Source: a virus. Taken from it: a stretch of DNA of 64,000 bases. A program made the position numbers and the translations under genes. The DNA lies in the IMG/VR virus record IMGVR_UViG_3300005254_000135; one strand, written 5' to 3'. The notes under the pieces are model-generated. The model worked only from the letters and a program-made list of their open reading frames with translations. It was not told where the DNA came from and did no database searches. Positions 44,759 to 54,759 of the stretch are shown one piece after another; the first letter of the stretch is position 1; each line of letters opens with the position of its first letter.

Positions 44759-45878
44759 CCTCCAGCCCCCCGTAGGTCACGGTCGAGGAGATGATCCGGG
44801 CCACCTGGCCGCCGCCGAGGACCTGGTAGACCGGGCTGGCGATCTCGACCCGCTTGAGACCCTCGATGGCCAGCAGGGCCGCGGCCAGCCGGCCGGGGTT
44901 GACGTCGCGGTTGATCTTGGTCGTCTGCCAGGTGACCCAGTCCTGGACCGCGGCGCTGACAGCGGCCTGGATCTGCCCCAGCAGGGAGGAGTAGCCGGAG
45001 TAGAGGTAGTAGGTCAGGTCCAGGGCGAGCGGGACCTCCTCGGGCGCGGCGGCGATGACCTCGAAGCCCTCGGGCATGCGCTCGTCCTGGTCCACGGCCG
45101 CCTCGACCTGGTCGAGGACCTCCTGGTCGGGCAGGCTGCCGTCGCTCATGAGGACCCAGACGGTGTAGACGCCGTAGTCCGTCGTGGCCGAGTCCACGTC
45201 GCCGATGTCCGGATGGGCGCTCTTGGTCCAGAAGATGCGGGCGCCCCGGGGCCCGGCCGAGCTGTAGGCCAGGGGGGCCAGGAAGAGCCTCTCCCGGTAG
45301 CGGTCGTCGGACTCGGCGTCGGAGCCGCCCAGGCTGGTGGTCGTGTTGGCCGCGGCGGTGACGTAGGCCACGGGATCGACCAGCTGGTCTATCTGGCCGG
45401 CCACGTAACCGTTGCCGGCCGCCCCGGCCGTCTCGCACTCGGCCTCGACCTCGACCCAGGTCTGGCCGGCGGTGATGGTGGCCAGGTCGGTGGTGGCGAA
45501 GACGAGCTCGCCGTCGGGCGTGACCCGGGTCCCGGCCGGGATGGACACGTCGAAGGCCAGGGCCTCGTCTATCTCGAATCTAACGGTGGCCTTGGCCGCG
45601 GTGGCGGCCAGGCGCTGGCCCATGGAGCCGTGGTCGGCGCCGCGCTGGTCCAGGTGGGCCCCCCGGGCGTAGGCCAGGTAGGTCTGCTTGGCCGAGTCGT
45701 TGATCTCCAGCCGCTGCTGGGCCACGACCAGGAGGTTGCCCTCCAGGAAGAGCCTCTCCGGGTCGCCCGGTTGCAGGGTGACCTCGGCCACCCGCTCGTA
45801 GGTCTGGATGCCCTCGGCCTCGACCTCGGCCGTGTCGGTCTCGCAGAAGTCCACTTCGGGCAGGTCAGGCAGAGACAT
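44751..45878 (-). CDS. Baseplate J-like protein
   Basis: LQPGDPERL, YARGAHLD, GGSDAESDDRYRER, SSAGPRGA. Confidence 0.93.
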   Translation of the reverse strand: MSLPDLPEVDFCETDTAEVEAEGIQTYERVAEVTLQPGDPERLFLEGNLLVVAQQRLEINDSAKQTYLAYARGAHLDQRGADHGSMGQRLAATAAKATVRFEIDEALAFDVSIPAGTRVTPDGELVFATTDLATITAGQTWVEVEAECETAGAAGNGYVAGQIDQLVDPVAYVTAAANTTTSLGGSDAESDDRYRERLFLAPLAYSSAGPRGARIFWTKSAHPDIGDVDSATTDYGVYTVWVLMSDGSLPDQEVLDQVEAAVDQDERMPEGFEVIAAAPEEVPLALDLTYYLYSGYSSLLGQIQAAVSAAVQDWVTWQTTKINRDVNPGRLAAALLAIEGLKRVEIASPVYQVLGGGQVARIISSTVTYGGLEDE

Positions 45879-46194
45879 CCTTGAACCTCACCTTGGGAAT
45901 CAGCCGCCCGTCGGCCGCGCCCTCGGGGTCGGAGACGAGCTCCACGGAGGTGACCTCGATGCCGGGTACGTAGCGGCGCAGCTGCCTGATGATCTCGGCG
46001 GTGAGCAGGGCCTGGGCCCTGGGCAGGGGCTGGTCCAGGAAGGTCATGCTCAGGCCGAACTCCCGGTCTAGGGGCACGGTGCCGACCCGGGTGCCCAGGA
46101 CGGTCCTGACCTGTTGGAGGGTCCGCTCCCGGCCTTCGGCGCCGAAGACCACCTCGGCCGGGTCGCCACCCAGGACCTCGATCTCGCCGCTCAC
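45865..46194 (-). CDS. Baseplate wedge gpW/gp25-like protein
   Basis: LGTRVGTVPLDREFG...RYVPGIEV. Confidence 0.88.
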   Translation of the reverse strand: MSGEIEVLGGDPAEVVFGAEGRERTLQQVRTVLGTRVGTVPLDREFGLSMTFLDQPLPRAQALLTAEIIRQLRRYVPGIEVTSVELVSDPEGAADGRLIPKVRFKDVSA

Positions 46195-46574
46195 TTGTAC
46201 TCCCTGAGGCTCAGGTCGACCTGGGCCGTGACCAGCCGGCCCCGCTGGTCGCTGATCCGGCGCTCGCAGACGGCCCGCTCGATCACGAAGTCGCCCAGGA
46301 ACTTGCCGTTGACCACCAGGGGCGAGGCCTCCCCGGAGAGGACCATCTCCTTGAGCCGGTTAAGCTCTACCTCGGGGTCGCAGAGGCCCCGCTTGAGGTC
46401 CACGGTCAGGTCGATGGTGGCCAGGTTGGTGCCCAGGAACTGGAGGATCTGCGACTCGTCGATCACGTCCTGGGCGGCGTAGCGGGCCTCGTGGGTCTCC
46501 CGCCACCGGACCCAGGTCAGGACGGCCTCGGCGCTGGTCTCGAAGACCACCTCGCCCAGGGTGCCAAGCTGCAC
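46191..46574 (-). CDS. P2 gpU-like tail protein
   Basis: QLGTLGEVVF...RYAAQDVI...LGDFVIE...LSLREY. Confidence 0.85.
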   Translation of the reverse strand: MQLGTLGEVVFETSAEAVLTWVRWRETHEARYAAQDVIDESQILQFLGTNLATIDLTVDLKRGLCDPEVELNRLKEMVLSGEASPLVVNGKFLGDFVIERAVCERRISDQRGRLVTAQVDLSLREYK

Positions 46575-46577
46575 GGC

Positions 46578-46874
46578 TCACTCCCCGTTGACGAAGACGT
46601 TGGGCGAGCCCTGGCACATGGTGTCGCCGCAGGTGACCGGGTCGCCGACGCGACAGAGGGCGCGGCCGTTGACGAAGACGTTGGGGCTCCCGGCCGCGGC
46701 CTGGCCGTCGTGTGTCTCGGGAATGGGCGGGCAGGTGTGCGGCTCCCAGTGGTCGCCCACCCGGTGCGCGCCCAGACCGTTGATGAAGACGTCCGGGCTG
46801 GCCTGGTCATTGGGCCGGGGCGGCCAGCAGCCGTGGCCGCAACTAATGTCTCCGAACCTGACCGCCTTGGGCAT
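46578..46874 (-). CDS. PAAR-domain protein
   Basis: AVRFGD...SPDVFINGLGAHRVGD...GSPNVFVNG. Confidence 0.92.
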   Translation of the reverse strand: MPKAVRFGDISCGHGCWPPRPNDQASPDVFINGLGAHRVGDHWEPHTCPPIPETHDGQAAAGSPNVFVNGRALCRVGDPVTCGDTMCQGSPNVFVNGE

Positions 46875-46877
46875 GTC

Positions 46878-47345
46878 TCAGGACTCCGGGTTGAGGTGAA
46901 TGGGCTGGCCGTTGATGGTGAAGCTGCCGGTGGCCTTGAGCTCGACCTCGCCGGCGATGTGCCAGAGCAGCTTGTGGGTCCGGCGGTCGTACTCGAAGTA
47001 GGAGCCGTCGGACCACTCCATGCGCCACTTGTCCTTGTCCTGGACCGGCGGCGGGTCCTGGGTGGAGTAGAGGGCCCGCAGCACGGCCCCGGCCTCCAGG
47101 CCGTTGGACAGGAAGCCGCAGAAGACCTCGGTGCCCACGTCCGGGAGCCAGTACTCCCGGTCGCCCTTGGTCTTGGCCTGGCCCACCGGGAGCCAGTAGG
47201 AGACCACCCCGTCGGCCTCGTCGAACCGGACCCTGACCCTGGCCCGGGCCTGGTCCACGGCCGTGACCACGCCGACCCGGTTGAGGTTGGCCACCACGGC
47301 CTCCAGGCGTTCCAGCCGCCGGGCCAGTTCGGTCAGGAGGTCCAT
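46878..47345 (-). CDS. Baseplate spike gpV
   Basis: RVGVVTAVD...SYWLPV...LPDVGTEV...WSDGSYFEYD. Confidence 0.92.
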   Translation of the reverse strand: MDLLTELARRLERLEAVVANLNRVGVVTAVDQARARVRVRFDEADGVVSYWLPVGQAKTKGDREYWLPDVGTEVFCGFLSNGLEAGAVLRALYSTQDPPPVQDKDKWRMEWSDGSYFEYDRRTHKLLWHIAGEVELKATGSFTINGQPIHLNPES

Positions 47346-48370
47346 CAGTAGACCAGCACCTTGCGCAGGTCGACCCGGGTGGTGTAGACCGAGCCTTCCC
47401 CGAGCCTGTGGACGGCCTTCTCGGCGAAGTACTTGCCGTCGTAGTTGCCGAAGCCCTCGACCAGGACGGTCACCCCGCCGACCAGGCCAGGCTCGCCGGC
47501 CAGGGTCAGCTCGGCCTCGACCTGGTGCTTGTTGTGGCGGCGGAGCTCGCTCCGGGCGCGGCGCCGGGCCTCGGCCTGGCTGGTGGCCCGCTGGCTGATC
47601 TTGAGGGTGTGGCCGACCTGGGGCGCGCCCGGGGGCTCATAGGTGCTGGTCATCAGCCGCTTGACGTCCGGGTCGAAGTAGCTCACCTGGCAGGCCCGGT
47701 AGACCTCCCCTGCCCGGCCCTTGAACCGGTAGTTCCCCAGCCAGGACCGGCCCCGGCTGATGGTGGCCACCGGGGCGCGGGCGTCGAAGCGTCGGCCCTC
47801 GTAGACGATGATCTTCTCCTCGGCGCACTTGAGGCTGAGGCCCAGCTCCTGGCAGAGCCGGTTGAGGAAGGCCAGGTCGGTCTCGTCGCGCTGGTCGATC
47901 CGGTCCAGCCTGATGTCCTCGGCGTCCCAGTACAGGCTCAGGCCGTGGGCCTGGGCGATGTCCTGGGCCACCCGCCGCACCCCGGTCGACTCCCAGGCCT
48001 TGGACTTGCGCTCCCGGCGCAGTGAGGTCCTGACCAAGGCCGAGACGGCCTTGATCTCGACCCGGTCGGGCGACCCGGTCAGGGTCGGCTCGTCGATGTC
48101 GAAGGTGCCACAGGAGAGCTCGTAGCGGTCGCCAGAGGCCCGCCAGTCGGTCAGGACGATCCAGGCCCTGATCCTGTCGCCCTCGGTCGGGCTCCAGGCC
48201 CCCTGCCAGCGCCGGTCCCGGTCGTCCAGGGCGATGTCCAGGCTGTCGGCCTGGCCCTGGGCGTGGTCAGTGTAGGTCACACCCAGGAGGAAAGGGGCCA
48301 GGTCGGCCGAGACGTTGCGGCCCTCGTAGACCAGCTTGAGGGCGGCCCGCCTTACTCGCTTCGCTTCCAC
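47345..48370 (-). CDS. Late control/baseplate hub gpD-like protein
   Basis: YTDHAQGQADSLDIAL, QRDETDLAFLNRL. Confidence 0.92.
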   Translation of the reverse strand: MEAKRVRRAALKLVYEGRNVSADLAPFLLGVTYTDHAQGQADSLDIALDDRDRRWQGAWSPTEGDRIRAWIVLTDWRASGDRYELSCGTFDIDEPTLTGSPDRVEIKAVSALVRTSLRRERKSKAWESTGVRRVAQDIAQAHGLSLYWDAEDIRLDRIDQRDETDLAFLNRLCQELGLSLKCAEEKIIVYEGRRFDARAPVATISRGRSWLGNYRFKGRAGEVYRACQVSYFDPDVKRLMTSTYEPPGAPQVGHTLKISQRATSQAEARRRARSELRRHNKHQVEAELTLAGEPGLVGGVTVLVEGFGNYDGKYFAEKAVHRLGEGSVYTTRVDLRKVLVY

Positions 48371-48576
48371 GGCGGCAGGTCCAGCTCGTCGGCCGGGAGC
48401 TCGATCTCGGGCACGGCCAGTTCCACCCCGGCCGAGAAGACGATCACGGCAACGTGCTCCGGGTTGGCCTCGACCAGGTAATGCAGCAGGAGCTCGGGCT
48501 GCCTGGCCCCGGGCCAGGCCCGGCGGGCGACCTCGTCCCAGTTCTCGCCCTGGACGGTGGTGATCCTAGTAGCCAT
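48352..48576 (-). CDS. Tail protein X (LysM-like)
   Basis: TVQGENWDEVA...LVEANP...FSAGVELAVPE. Confidence 0.88.
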   Translation of the reverse strand: MATRITTVQGENWDEVARRAWPGARQPELLLHYLVEANPEHVAVIVFSAGVELAVPEIELPADELDLPPWKRSE

Positions 48577-50731
48577 AGCTGAGCCGCCGGTCGTCCTGCA
48601 TGATCTCGGTCATGGCCTTGGCCACGGCCTCCTTGAACTCGCCCCCGGCCTGGGCGGCCAGGGAGCGGGTCAAGTTCTCGTCCGCTCCCCCGGAGAGGCT
48701 GATGTTCTGGGTCAGGAGGACCTGGACCGGCCGGCTGGCCGGCGCCGGCGCCGCAGCCGGCGCGGGAGCGGGAGCGGCGGCTTGGGCCGGCTTGATGGCG
48801 GGCAGGGCCTTGGCCCCGTCCTTTCCGGGCGGGGCGGCCGGCATGAGCGGCTTGAACGCCTCCAGGTTCAGGCCCGGGGCAGCCTCGTCCCCTTCCCCGC
48901 CGCCGAAACCGGTCTTCCGCTTCATCCAGTCCCAGGCCTGGCCCACTGCCCGGAACGGGGCCAAGAGCTTGTCGGCCAGGGCCGAGGTCCATTCGGCGAA
49001 CTTCTCCCAGTAGGGTTTGATCGGCTCCCAGATGGTCAGGAAGAAGCCCTTGACCTTGTCCCAGTTGGCGATGATCAGGCCGGCGGCCAGGGCCACGCCG
49101 GCGATGATGGCGCCGACTGGGTGGGCCATGACGGCCGCCTTCAGGACATTGAAGCCGGTGGCCACCAGGCCCAGGCCGCTCCGGGCCAGGCCGGCCGCAT
49201 CCATGATGCCGCTCAGGCCGAACTTGACGCCGAGGGTGGCCACCTTGAGGCTGAACAGGCCGGCCGCGGCGAAGCCGACCACCTTGGTCAGTTCGGGGTG
49301 CTTCTCGGCGAAGCCGGCCACCGCCTCGGCGCCCCGGCCCAGGAAGCCGACCACGTCCCTGAGGGCCGGCAGGAAGACCCCGCCCATGGTCACGCCCGCG
49401 GCCGTGGCCTTGTTGGCCAGAAGCTGGAGCTCGTTGGCCGTGGTCTTGGCCCGCTCTGTGTACTCGGCCTCCATGGAGCCGGCGTAGCGGGACTTCTCGG
49501 CCACCAGGTCGAAGGCCTGGGTCAGGTTCTCCATGTTGGCCAGCAGCGGCATGATCGCCGCCTTGCTCTCCTCGCCGAAGAGCTCGGAGATGACCGCCGG
49601 CTGCTCGGCCGCGTCCAGCTCCTTGATGGCCGCCAGGACCTCGAGGATGGCGCCCTTGGCGTCGGACTGCATCCGCTCGGCCATCTCCACGGCGTCCAGG
49701 CCCAGCGCGTCAAAGGCCTCGGTCTGGGACTTGGTCGCCGCCGTGCCCTTGGTCAGGGCGCCCAGGAAGTTCTTGAGCCCGGTCCCGGCCACCTCGGCGC
49801 GAGCCCCGGTGGAGAGCAGGGCCGCGGCCAGGGCGGCCGTCTCGGAGACGGCCAGGCCCGAGGACTTGGCCAGGGGGCCCATGCGCTGGAGGACCTCGCC
49901 CAGGGCCGGGGCCTGGGCGTTCATATTGTTGGAGAGGTGGTTGACCGCGTCGGCCAGGCCGACCACCTCGGGCTGGGTCAGCTTCATGCCGGCCCGCCAG
50001 TTGGCCATCATCTGGCCGGCCTCGCTGCCGGTCAGGTCGAAGGCCACGCCCATCTTGGCCGCCGCCTCGGCGAACTCGAGCAGGTCCTGCCGGGCGATGC
50101 CCGACTGGCCGGCCGCGGCGACGATGTCGGCGATACCCGAGGCGGCCATGGGCATCCGCTTGGAGAGGGCCAGGATGTCCCGGCCCATCTCCTTGAACTG
50201 CTGGGGCGTCTCGAAGTTGACCACCTTGCGCACGTCGGCCATGGCCGACTCGAACTCGACGGCCTTCCTAACGGGCTGGGCCAGGGCGAGACCGGTGGCC
50301 GCCAGGCCGAGGATCTGCCCCCGGGCCTCCCTCCGGACACCCCGCCGCCGGGCCTGGGCCTCCTGGCGGGCGATGGCCCTTTCCGACCTGGCCACGGCCC
50401 GGGAGTAGCGGTCCTGCTCGCCGGCCAGGTCGCGGAGCCGGATGCCGTACTTGGCCGCGGACCGCTCGGCCTTGAGGTAGCGCTCGTGTATCTCGGCGAT
50501 GCGGCGGGTGAGCTTGACGTTGGACGGGCCCAGGCGGTCCTGGGCGGCCTTGAGGCGCTTGAGCATGGCCTGGTACTTGACCACGTCGTCGGTCAGGCGC
50601 TTGCCCAGGCGCAGCTTGCCCAGCTCCTGCTGCAGGTCCTTGCCCTTGCGCCCTATGGCGTCAAAGGTCTTGCCCACGGAAGGGTCCAGGCCGCCGCGCA
50701 GCCTGATCCCGATGGAGGCCCACTTAGACAT
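48566..50731 (-). CDS. Tail tape measure protein (TP901 family)
   Basis: FESAMADVRKVV, FAEAAAKMGVAFD, AEVAGTGLKN. Confidence 0.93.
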   Translation of the reverse strand: MSKWASIGIRLRGGLDPSVGKTFDAIGRKGKDLQQELGKLRLGKRLTDDVVKYQAMLKRLKAAQDRLGPSNVKLTRRIAEIHERYLKAERSAAKYGIRLRDLAGEQDRYSRAVARSERAIARQEAQARRRGVRREARGQILGLAATGLALAQPVRKAVEFESAMADVRKVVNFETPQQFKEMGRDILALSKRMPMAASGIADIVAAAGQSGIARQDLLEFAEAAAKMGVAFDLTGSEAGQMMANWRAGMKLTQPEVVGLADAVNHLSNNMNAQAPALGEVLQRMGPLAKSSGLAVSETAALAAALLSTGARAEVAGTGLKNFLGALTKGTAATKSQTEAFDALGLDAVEMAERMQSDAKGAILEVLAAIKELDAAEQPAVISELFGEESKAAIMPLLANMENLTQAFDLVAEKSRYAGSMEAEYTERAKTTANELQLLANKATAAGVTMGGVFLPALRDVVGFLGRGAEAVAGFAEKHPELTKVVGFAAAGLFSLKVATLGVKFGLSGIMDAAGLARSGLGLVATGFNVLKAAVMAHPVGAIIAGVALAAGLIIANWDKVKGFFLTIWEPIKPYWEKFAEWTSALADKLLAPFRAVGQAWDWMKRKTGFGGGEGDEAAPGLNLEAFKPLMPAAPPGKDGAKALPAIKPAQAAAPAPAPAAAPAPASRPVQVLLTQNISLSGGADENLTRSLAAQAGGEFKEAVAKAMTEIMQDDRRLSYGY

Positions 50732-50886
50732 GCCTTCTCTGCTCTCTCGCCGCGGTCAGGTAGTCCAGGAACTTGCCCAGGGGCAGGTTGACGATCTCCC
50801 GCTCCGACCAGCCGGTGACGCTGGCCAGCTCGACCACCAGGGCGGGGACCTGGAGGGCCGGGACCCCGCCCGGTGGCATCAGTAAA
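50724..50886 (-). other. P2 gpE'-like frameshift extension of the tail chaperone
   Basis: GAT TTT TAC TGA at the chaperone end; the -1 frame reads FLLMPPGG...LASVTGWSEREIVNLPL... Confidence 0.65.
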
Positions 50887-51163
50887 AATCCTGGGCGTGC
50901 TTCCGGAGGAGGTGGTAGTTCTTGGCCGGGGAGCGCCGCAAGTCCTCGGGGTTGACGCCGTAGACCCGGCCCCAGAGGTAGATCTCGGTCAGGACCGGGT
51001 CGCCCTCGGCCCACTGGTTGGCCGCGGCCAGGTCGGCCAGGGTGATGTCCTGGTTGACCACCTCGAGCTCGGTCAGGTCCGGGCCGCCCTCGACCTTGAT
51101 CGGCCGCTCCAGCTTGACCGGCTTGGCCGCCTTGGGGGCGGCCTTCTTGCTCTCGCTGCTCAT
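50879..51163 (-). CDS. Tail assembly chaperone
   Basis: VKLERPI...LTEL; between tube and tape measure. Confidence 0.75.
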   Translation of the reverse strand: MSSESKKAAPKAAKPVKLERPIKVEGGPDLTELEVVNQDITLADLAAANQWAEGDPVLTEIYLWGRVYGVNPEDLRRSPAKNYHLLRKHAQDFY

Positions 51164-51173
51164 GGCTCCCTCC

Positions 51174-51692
51174 CTACTTGCCCAGGGCGGTGCGGACGTC
51201 GGCCATGTAGTCGACGCCGTTGATGACGCACTTGTAGTTCATCTTGTCGATGTCGATGACCAGGGTCCCGTCCACCCAGACCTGGACGGTGATGACCTCG
51301 AACTCCGAGGGGGCCTCCTGCCGGCCGGTAGTCAGGCGGCCCAGGCCGACCTGCTTGGGCATGACCTGGGTGGCGACCCGGATAGGCCGGCGCTCCAGGA
51401 CCCCGCTGCCGGCGTTGACGTCCTGGCGAGCCGCCCTGAGGTCCAGGGTGTGCATCTTGGGCGCCAGGAGCTTGACCGCGTCGCGGGTGGTGCTCCGCCA
51501 GTTGAGGGTCAGGGTCATGGACCTCAGCTGCCCGCCGATGGGCACCTCGGCCACGCCGGCGATGCCGGCCCCGGACAGCTCCTCGGTGACGTAGCCGAAC
51601 TCGGGCAGCGTGGCGTCCACGATGCCCATGAGCTCGGTGGAGTCCAGGTAGACGGCGAAGTCCACCAGGGCGTGGGGTACGGGATTGGGCAT
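51174..51692 (-). CDS. Tail tube protein (P2 FII-like)
   Basis: LPEFGYVTEELSGAGIAG, IDIDKMNYKCVINGVD. Confidence 0.92.
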   Translation of the reverse strand: MPNPVPHALVDFAVYLDSTELMGIVDATLPEFGYVTEELSGAGIAGVAEVPIGGQLRSMTLTLNWRSTTRDAVKLLAPKMHTLDLRAARQDVNAGSGVLERRPIRVATQVMPKQVGLGRLTTGRQEAPSEFEVITVQVWVDGTLVIDIDKMNYKCVINGVDYMADVRTALGK

Positions 51693-51704
51693 GGTCTACC
51701 CCCT

Positions 51705-53153
51705 TTACTCCTCTTCGGACTCGAAGAGGGTCGAGACGTAGCTCGGGTCGAACTCGGTGTAGAAGTCGATCTCCCGGGCCGGCGGCGGCGGGGTGATCCG
51801 GGTCCGGAACTTGATGATGCCGTCGATGACGTCGGTCTCCGGGTTGTCCCCGCTCTCGAAGCCGATCTCCCCGCCCAGGATGAAGCCCCGGGCGGTCAGC
51901 CCGTCCAGCCACTTCTGGTGGGTGAAGACGATGGTCTCGATGAGCCGCTTCCTGATGGGGAAGTCCAGCCGCTGCCAGGTGGTCAGGATCAGGGTGTTGT
52001 CGGCCCAGTTGAACATCCGGCGGATGGGGATAAAGGTGTCCTTGGGGTCGGTGCTGGCCGGGTAGGCCCCGGTCCGGTTGCCGAAGCAGGTCCAGCCCTG
52101 GCCGGTGATCTTCTGGTTGAGGGCGGTGACGATGCCCTGCCCGTTCAGGTACTCGGCCTCGTCGTGGCCCAGCCAGACCTCGGCGCCGGCGACGTGGGCC
52201 CCGGTGATCTGGAGGCGCTCGTTGGACGGGCTCTTGTAGGGCACGGCCGAGTGCTCCAGGTCGACCTGGGCCATGAGGCAGGCCAGGTGGGTGCTCAGCC
52301 AGTGGGACTCGCTCCCGTAGAGGACCTGGGGCCAGCAGACGGCCATGGCCGGGTCGGTCAGGTTGTTGCTGGTCTTGGTCGCCGAAGCGCTCTGGTACTC
52401 GGCCACCGAGGTGGGCAGGTCCACGGCGCAGAAGGCCCGGAACAGGCCGTTCACGGCCACGGCCGAGGCGACCATGGCCGCGGCCACGGTCGAGTCCTGG
52501 GACCAGCCCGGGGCGGCGATGGTGCCGGGCATGAGGCCGAAGCGGGGCAGGATCTCGTGGACCAGCTCCAGGCCGGTCTTGAGCCCGGTCCCGGCCTCGG
52601 CCCCGCCGATGACGTCGTCGGCGTCCACCGTGGCCGGGTCGAACCAGGTGTAGTCCACCTTGAGCGGGTCGGTCGCCCCGATGTCGCCGTCGGCCAGGCG
52701 GGTGATCTGGCCGGTGTCGCAGTCGATGGTGTAGTCCTCGCCCCGGACGTAGGTCGTGGTCCCGGTCTCGTCCTTGACCGCCTCGAAGCCGGTCTTGACC
52801 GGGAGGTGGTCCAGGGTGATCTTGGCCGGATCCCCGGCCATGGTGTGGGCCTCGGCGGTCACCTCGGTCTCGTGGGCCACCGGGATGAAGATGCCCGGGG
52901 CGACGCGGTAGAGCTGGAACTGGACCTTGGCCGCCTCGCAGAGGCCGTAGGCCTCCACGTTGTCCTCGACCTCGCCCAGGCCGGCGGCGAAGCTGGCCAG
53001 GGTGTAGTGAAGGTGCGGCTTGTTGAAGTCGGCGGCCTTGGCCGCCGGGGCCGTGCCCAGCCAGACCGGGATGCCGGCGCTGATCCGGCGGGGCGGCAGG
53101 ATCGAGGTGCTCTCCTCGAAGACCTGGACGCGGTGGAAGTAGGTCATGGTCAA
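51705..53153 (-). CDS. Tail sheath protein (P2 FI-like)
   Basis: IAAPGWSQ, SPSNE, LNGQGIVT, FGNRT, PPPAREI. Confidence 0.93.
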   Translation of the reverse strand: MTMTYFHRVQVFEESTSILPPRRISAGIPVWLGTAPAAKAADFNKPHLHYTLASFAAGLGEVEDNVEAYGLCEAAKVQFQLYRVAPGIFIPVAHETEVTAEAHTMAGDPAKITLDHLPVKTGFEAVKDETGTTTYVRGEDYTIDCDTGQITRLADGDIGATDPLKVDYTWFDPATVDADDVIGGAEAGTGLKTGLELVHEILPRFGLMPGTIAAPGWSQDSTVAAAMVASAVAVNGLFRAFCAVDLPTSVAEYQSASATKTSNNLTDPAMAVCWPQVLYGSESHWLSTHLACLMAQVDLEHSAVPYKSPSNERLQITGAHVAGAEVWLGHDEAEYLNGQGIVTALNQKITGQGWTCFGNRTGAYPASTDPKDTFIPIRRMFNWADNTLILTTWQRLDFPIRKRLIETIVFTHQKWLDGLTARGFILGGEIGFESGDNPETDVIDGIIKFRTRITPPPPAREIDFYTEFDPSYVSTLFESEEE

Positions 53154-53171
53154 ACCTCCAGGGGAGTCGGG

Positions 53172-53663
53172 TTACTTGGCCCGCTGGGCGAGCTCCGCGG
53201 CCGCCTTGGCCGCCCGGCCCAGGGGGGAGGAGGCGACGGCCAGGTCCCGCCTGGCAATCGGGTAGAGGGCCACGGGGACCACCAGGGCCTCGAGCTCCTT
53301 GTGCTCGGCCAGGAGCCCGGCCAGGTCCCGGGGCAGGACCCCGGCCCGGAAGATGGTGTTCCGCCGGACGTGAATCGGCTTGTTCAGGGTCGGGCCGACC
53401 CACATGACCGGCCCGCCGGGCTTGGGTTCGGGGCCGCGCAAGGGGGCGGCCTCGGGCTCGGCCGGGGCCGGCTCGGCCTCGGTCTTCTGCTCGTCGGTCT
53501 CCTGCTCGGCCCGCTGGCCCCACCACTCGTCCCGCTGGTCGGCGGTGACGCCGCGGCCCAAGCGCTTCTCAAGGGCCTCGACCAGGGGCCGGCCGTCCGC
53601 GGTGGTCTCGCCAGCGGCCAAAGCCTGGTCCATCGCCTCTCTAACCTGGCTGTCCAGAGCCAT
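53172..53663 (-). CDS. Hypothetical neck/tail-region protein
   Basis: WVGPTL...NTIF motif typical of genes just before the sheath. Confidence 0.6.
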   Translation of the reverse strand: MALDSQVREAMDQALAAGETTADGRPLVEALEKRLGRGVTADQRDEWWGQRAEQETDEQKTEAEPAPAEPEAAPLRGPEPKPGGPVMWVGPTLNKPIHVRRNTIFRAGVLPRDLAGLLAEHKELEALVVPVALYPIARRDLAVASSPLGRAAKAAAELAQRAK

Positions 53664-54177
53664 GAATCTCCTCCTCTTCCGCCCGGGTCAGGTTGGTCCT
53701 GGAGTAGACCTCCCGCCACCGGCTCTCGATGACGCCCACGTAGTAGGGGTGCGGCCGCCGGCCCTCCTCGTCCTCCGCGTCCCGGAACTCCCAGGTGAGC
53801 GGCGGCGTCAGGATGTAGCGGTTCTCAAGGTTGCCCGGCCGGCGCAGGCTGGCCAGGCACCAGCTGACCAGGTTGAGCATGACGTGGTGGCCGGCCTCCA
53901 CCGGCCGCTCGTCCGCCTCGTTGCCGACGATGGTGCAGAGCAGCCGGACCACGGTCTCCCGCACGGCCAGCCGGGGCTGGTCCTCGTCGTCGTCCTGGCC
54001 GCTCAGGGGCTGGACGACCACGCAGGGCAGGTCCCGCTTGTCCGGCGTCTTGAAGGGCAGGCCGCCCAGGCAGACCTGGGGCCGGCCCAGCTTGTCGCTC
54101 TCGGGCAAGGGCAGGTAGAGACTCGCCAGGTCGGCCTCCAGGCGCTGCCGGATGGCCCGGGCCAGTTGCCAGGGCAT
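53641..54177 (-). CDS. Tail terminator-like protein
   Basis: Synteny; LPCVVVQP...PHPYYVG...W. Confidence 0.6.
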   Translation of the reverse strand: MPWQLARAIRQRLEADLASLYLPLPESDKLGRPQVCLGGLPFKTPDKRDLPCVVVQPLSGQDDDEDQPRLAVRETVVRLLCTIVGNEADERPVEAGHHVMLNLVSWCLASLRRPGNLENRYILTPPLTWEFRDAEDEEGRRPHPYYVGVIESRWREVYSRTNLTRAEEEEIHGSGQPG

Positions 54178-54180
54178 GGG

Positions 54181-54759
54181 TCAGACCCCCAGCAGGCGGT
54201 CGACCTCGTGGTCGAACCGCTCCCGGAGCCTGATCCTGGCCCGGCGCTCGATCCCCTCCAGGGCGTTGCCCCGGTCCAGGGCGTCGGCCGCCGAGGGGCC
54301 GTAGAGCTGCTTGATGGGCAGCCTGGCCCTGCCCTTGCGCTCGAACACGCCCAGGTGGCCGGTGGGCACCCGGGCGACGAAGGAGCCGGGGTAGACCTGC
54401 CCGCCCTGGCTCTTGAAGGTCTGGGCCGTGACCCCGATCGCCGGCCGCCGGCCGCCCTTGGTCTGGGGCTTGCTCGGCCGGGTCCTGAAGTGGATCAGGG
54501 GGATGTCCCGGCCGGTGGCGATAACGGCCGCGCTGAGGCGCTCGGTGGTGGCCCGGAAGAGCTTGACGTTGTCCCGGACCCGCCCGGCCGAGACGTCGGC
54601 CTCGGCGCGGACGGCCTTGACCGCGTCGGTCCGGACCCCGGTGATGGTCCGGTTAAGGGCCCGGCTCAGGGCCAGGGGCAGGCCGCGGCGGACCTGGGCC
54701 AGCTCGGCCGCGGCCCGGTCCAGGTCCCGCTGGTTCAGCTCGATGCTCAGCCGCATCAC
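54181..54759 (-). CDS. Minor tail protein Z-like
   Basis: ALSRALNRT...GHLGVFER...RLPIKQLYGPS. Confidence 0.88.
   Translation of the reverse strand: MMRLSIELNQRDLDRAAAELAQVRRGLPLALSRALNRTITGVRTDAVKAVRAEADVSAGRVRDNVKLFRATTERLSAAVIATGRDIPLIHFRTRPSKPQTKGGRRPAIGVTAQTFKSQGGQVYPGSFVARVPTGHLGVFERKGRARLPIKQLYGPSAADALDRGNALEGIERRARIRLRERFDHEVDRLLGV

Noticed and set aside
51018-53732. 904-aa + strand ORF and 788-aa - strand ORF (51160-53526)
   Set aside because: Shadow frames of the GC-rich sheath and tube genes; low-complexity R/G/P or antisense-type composition with no motifs.
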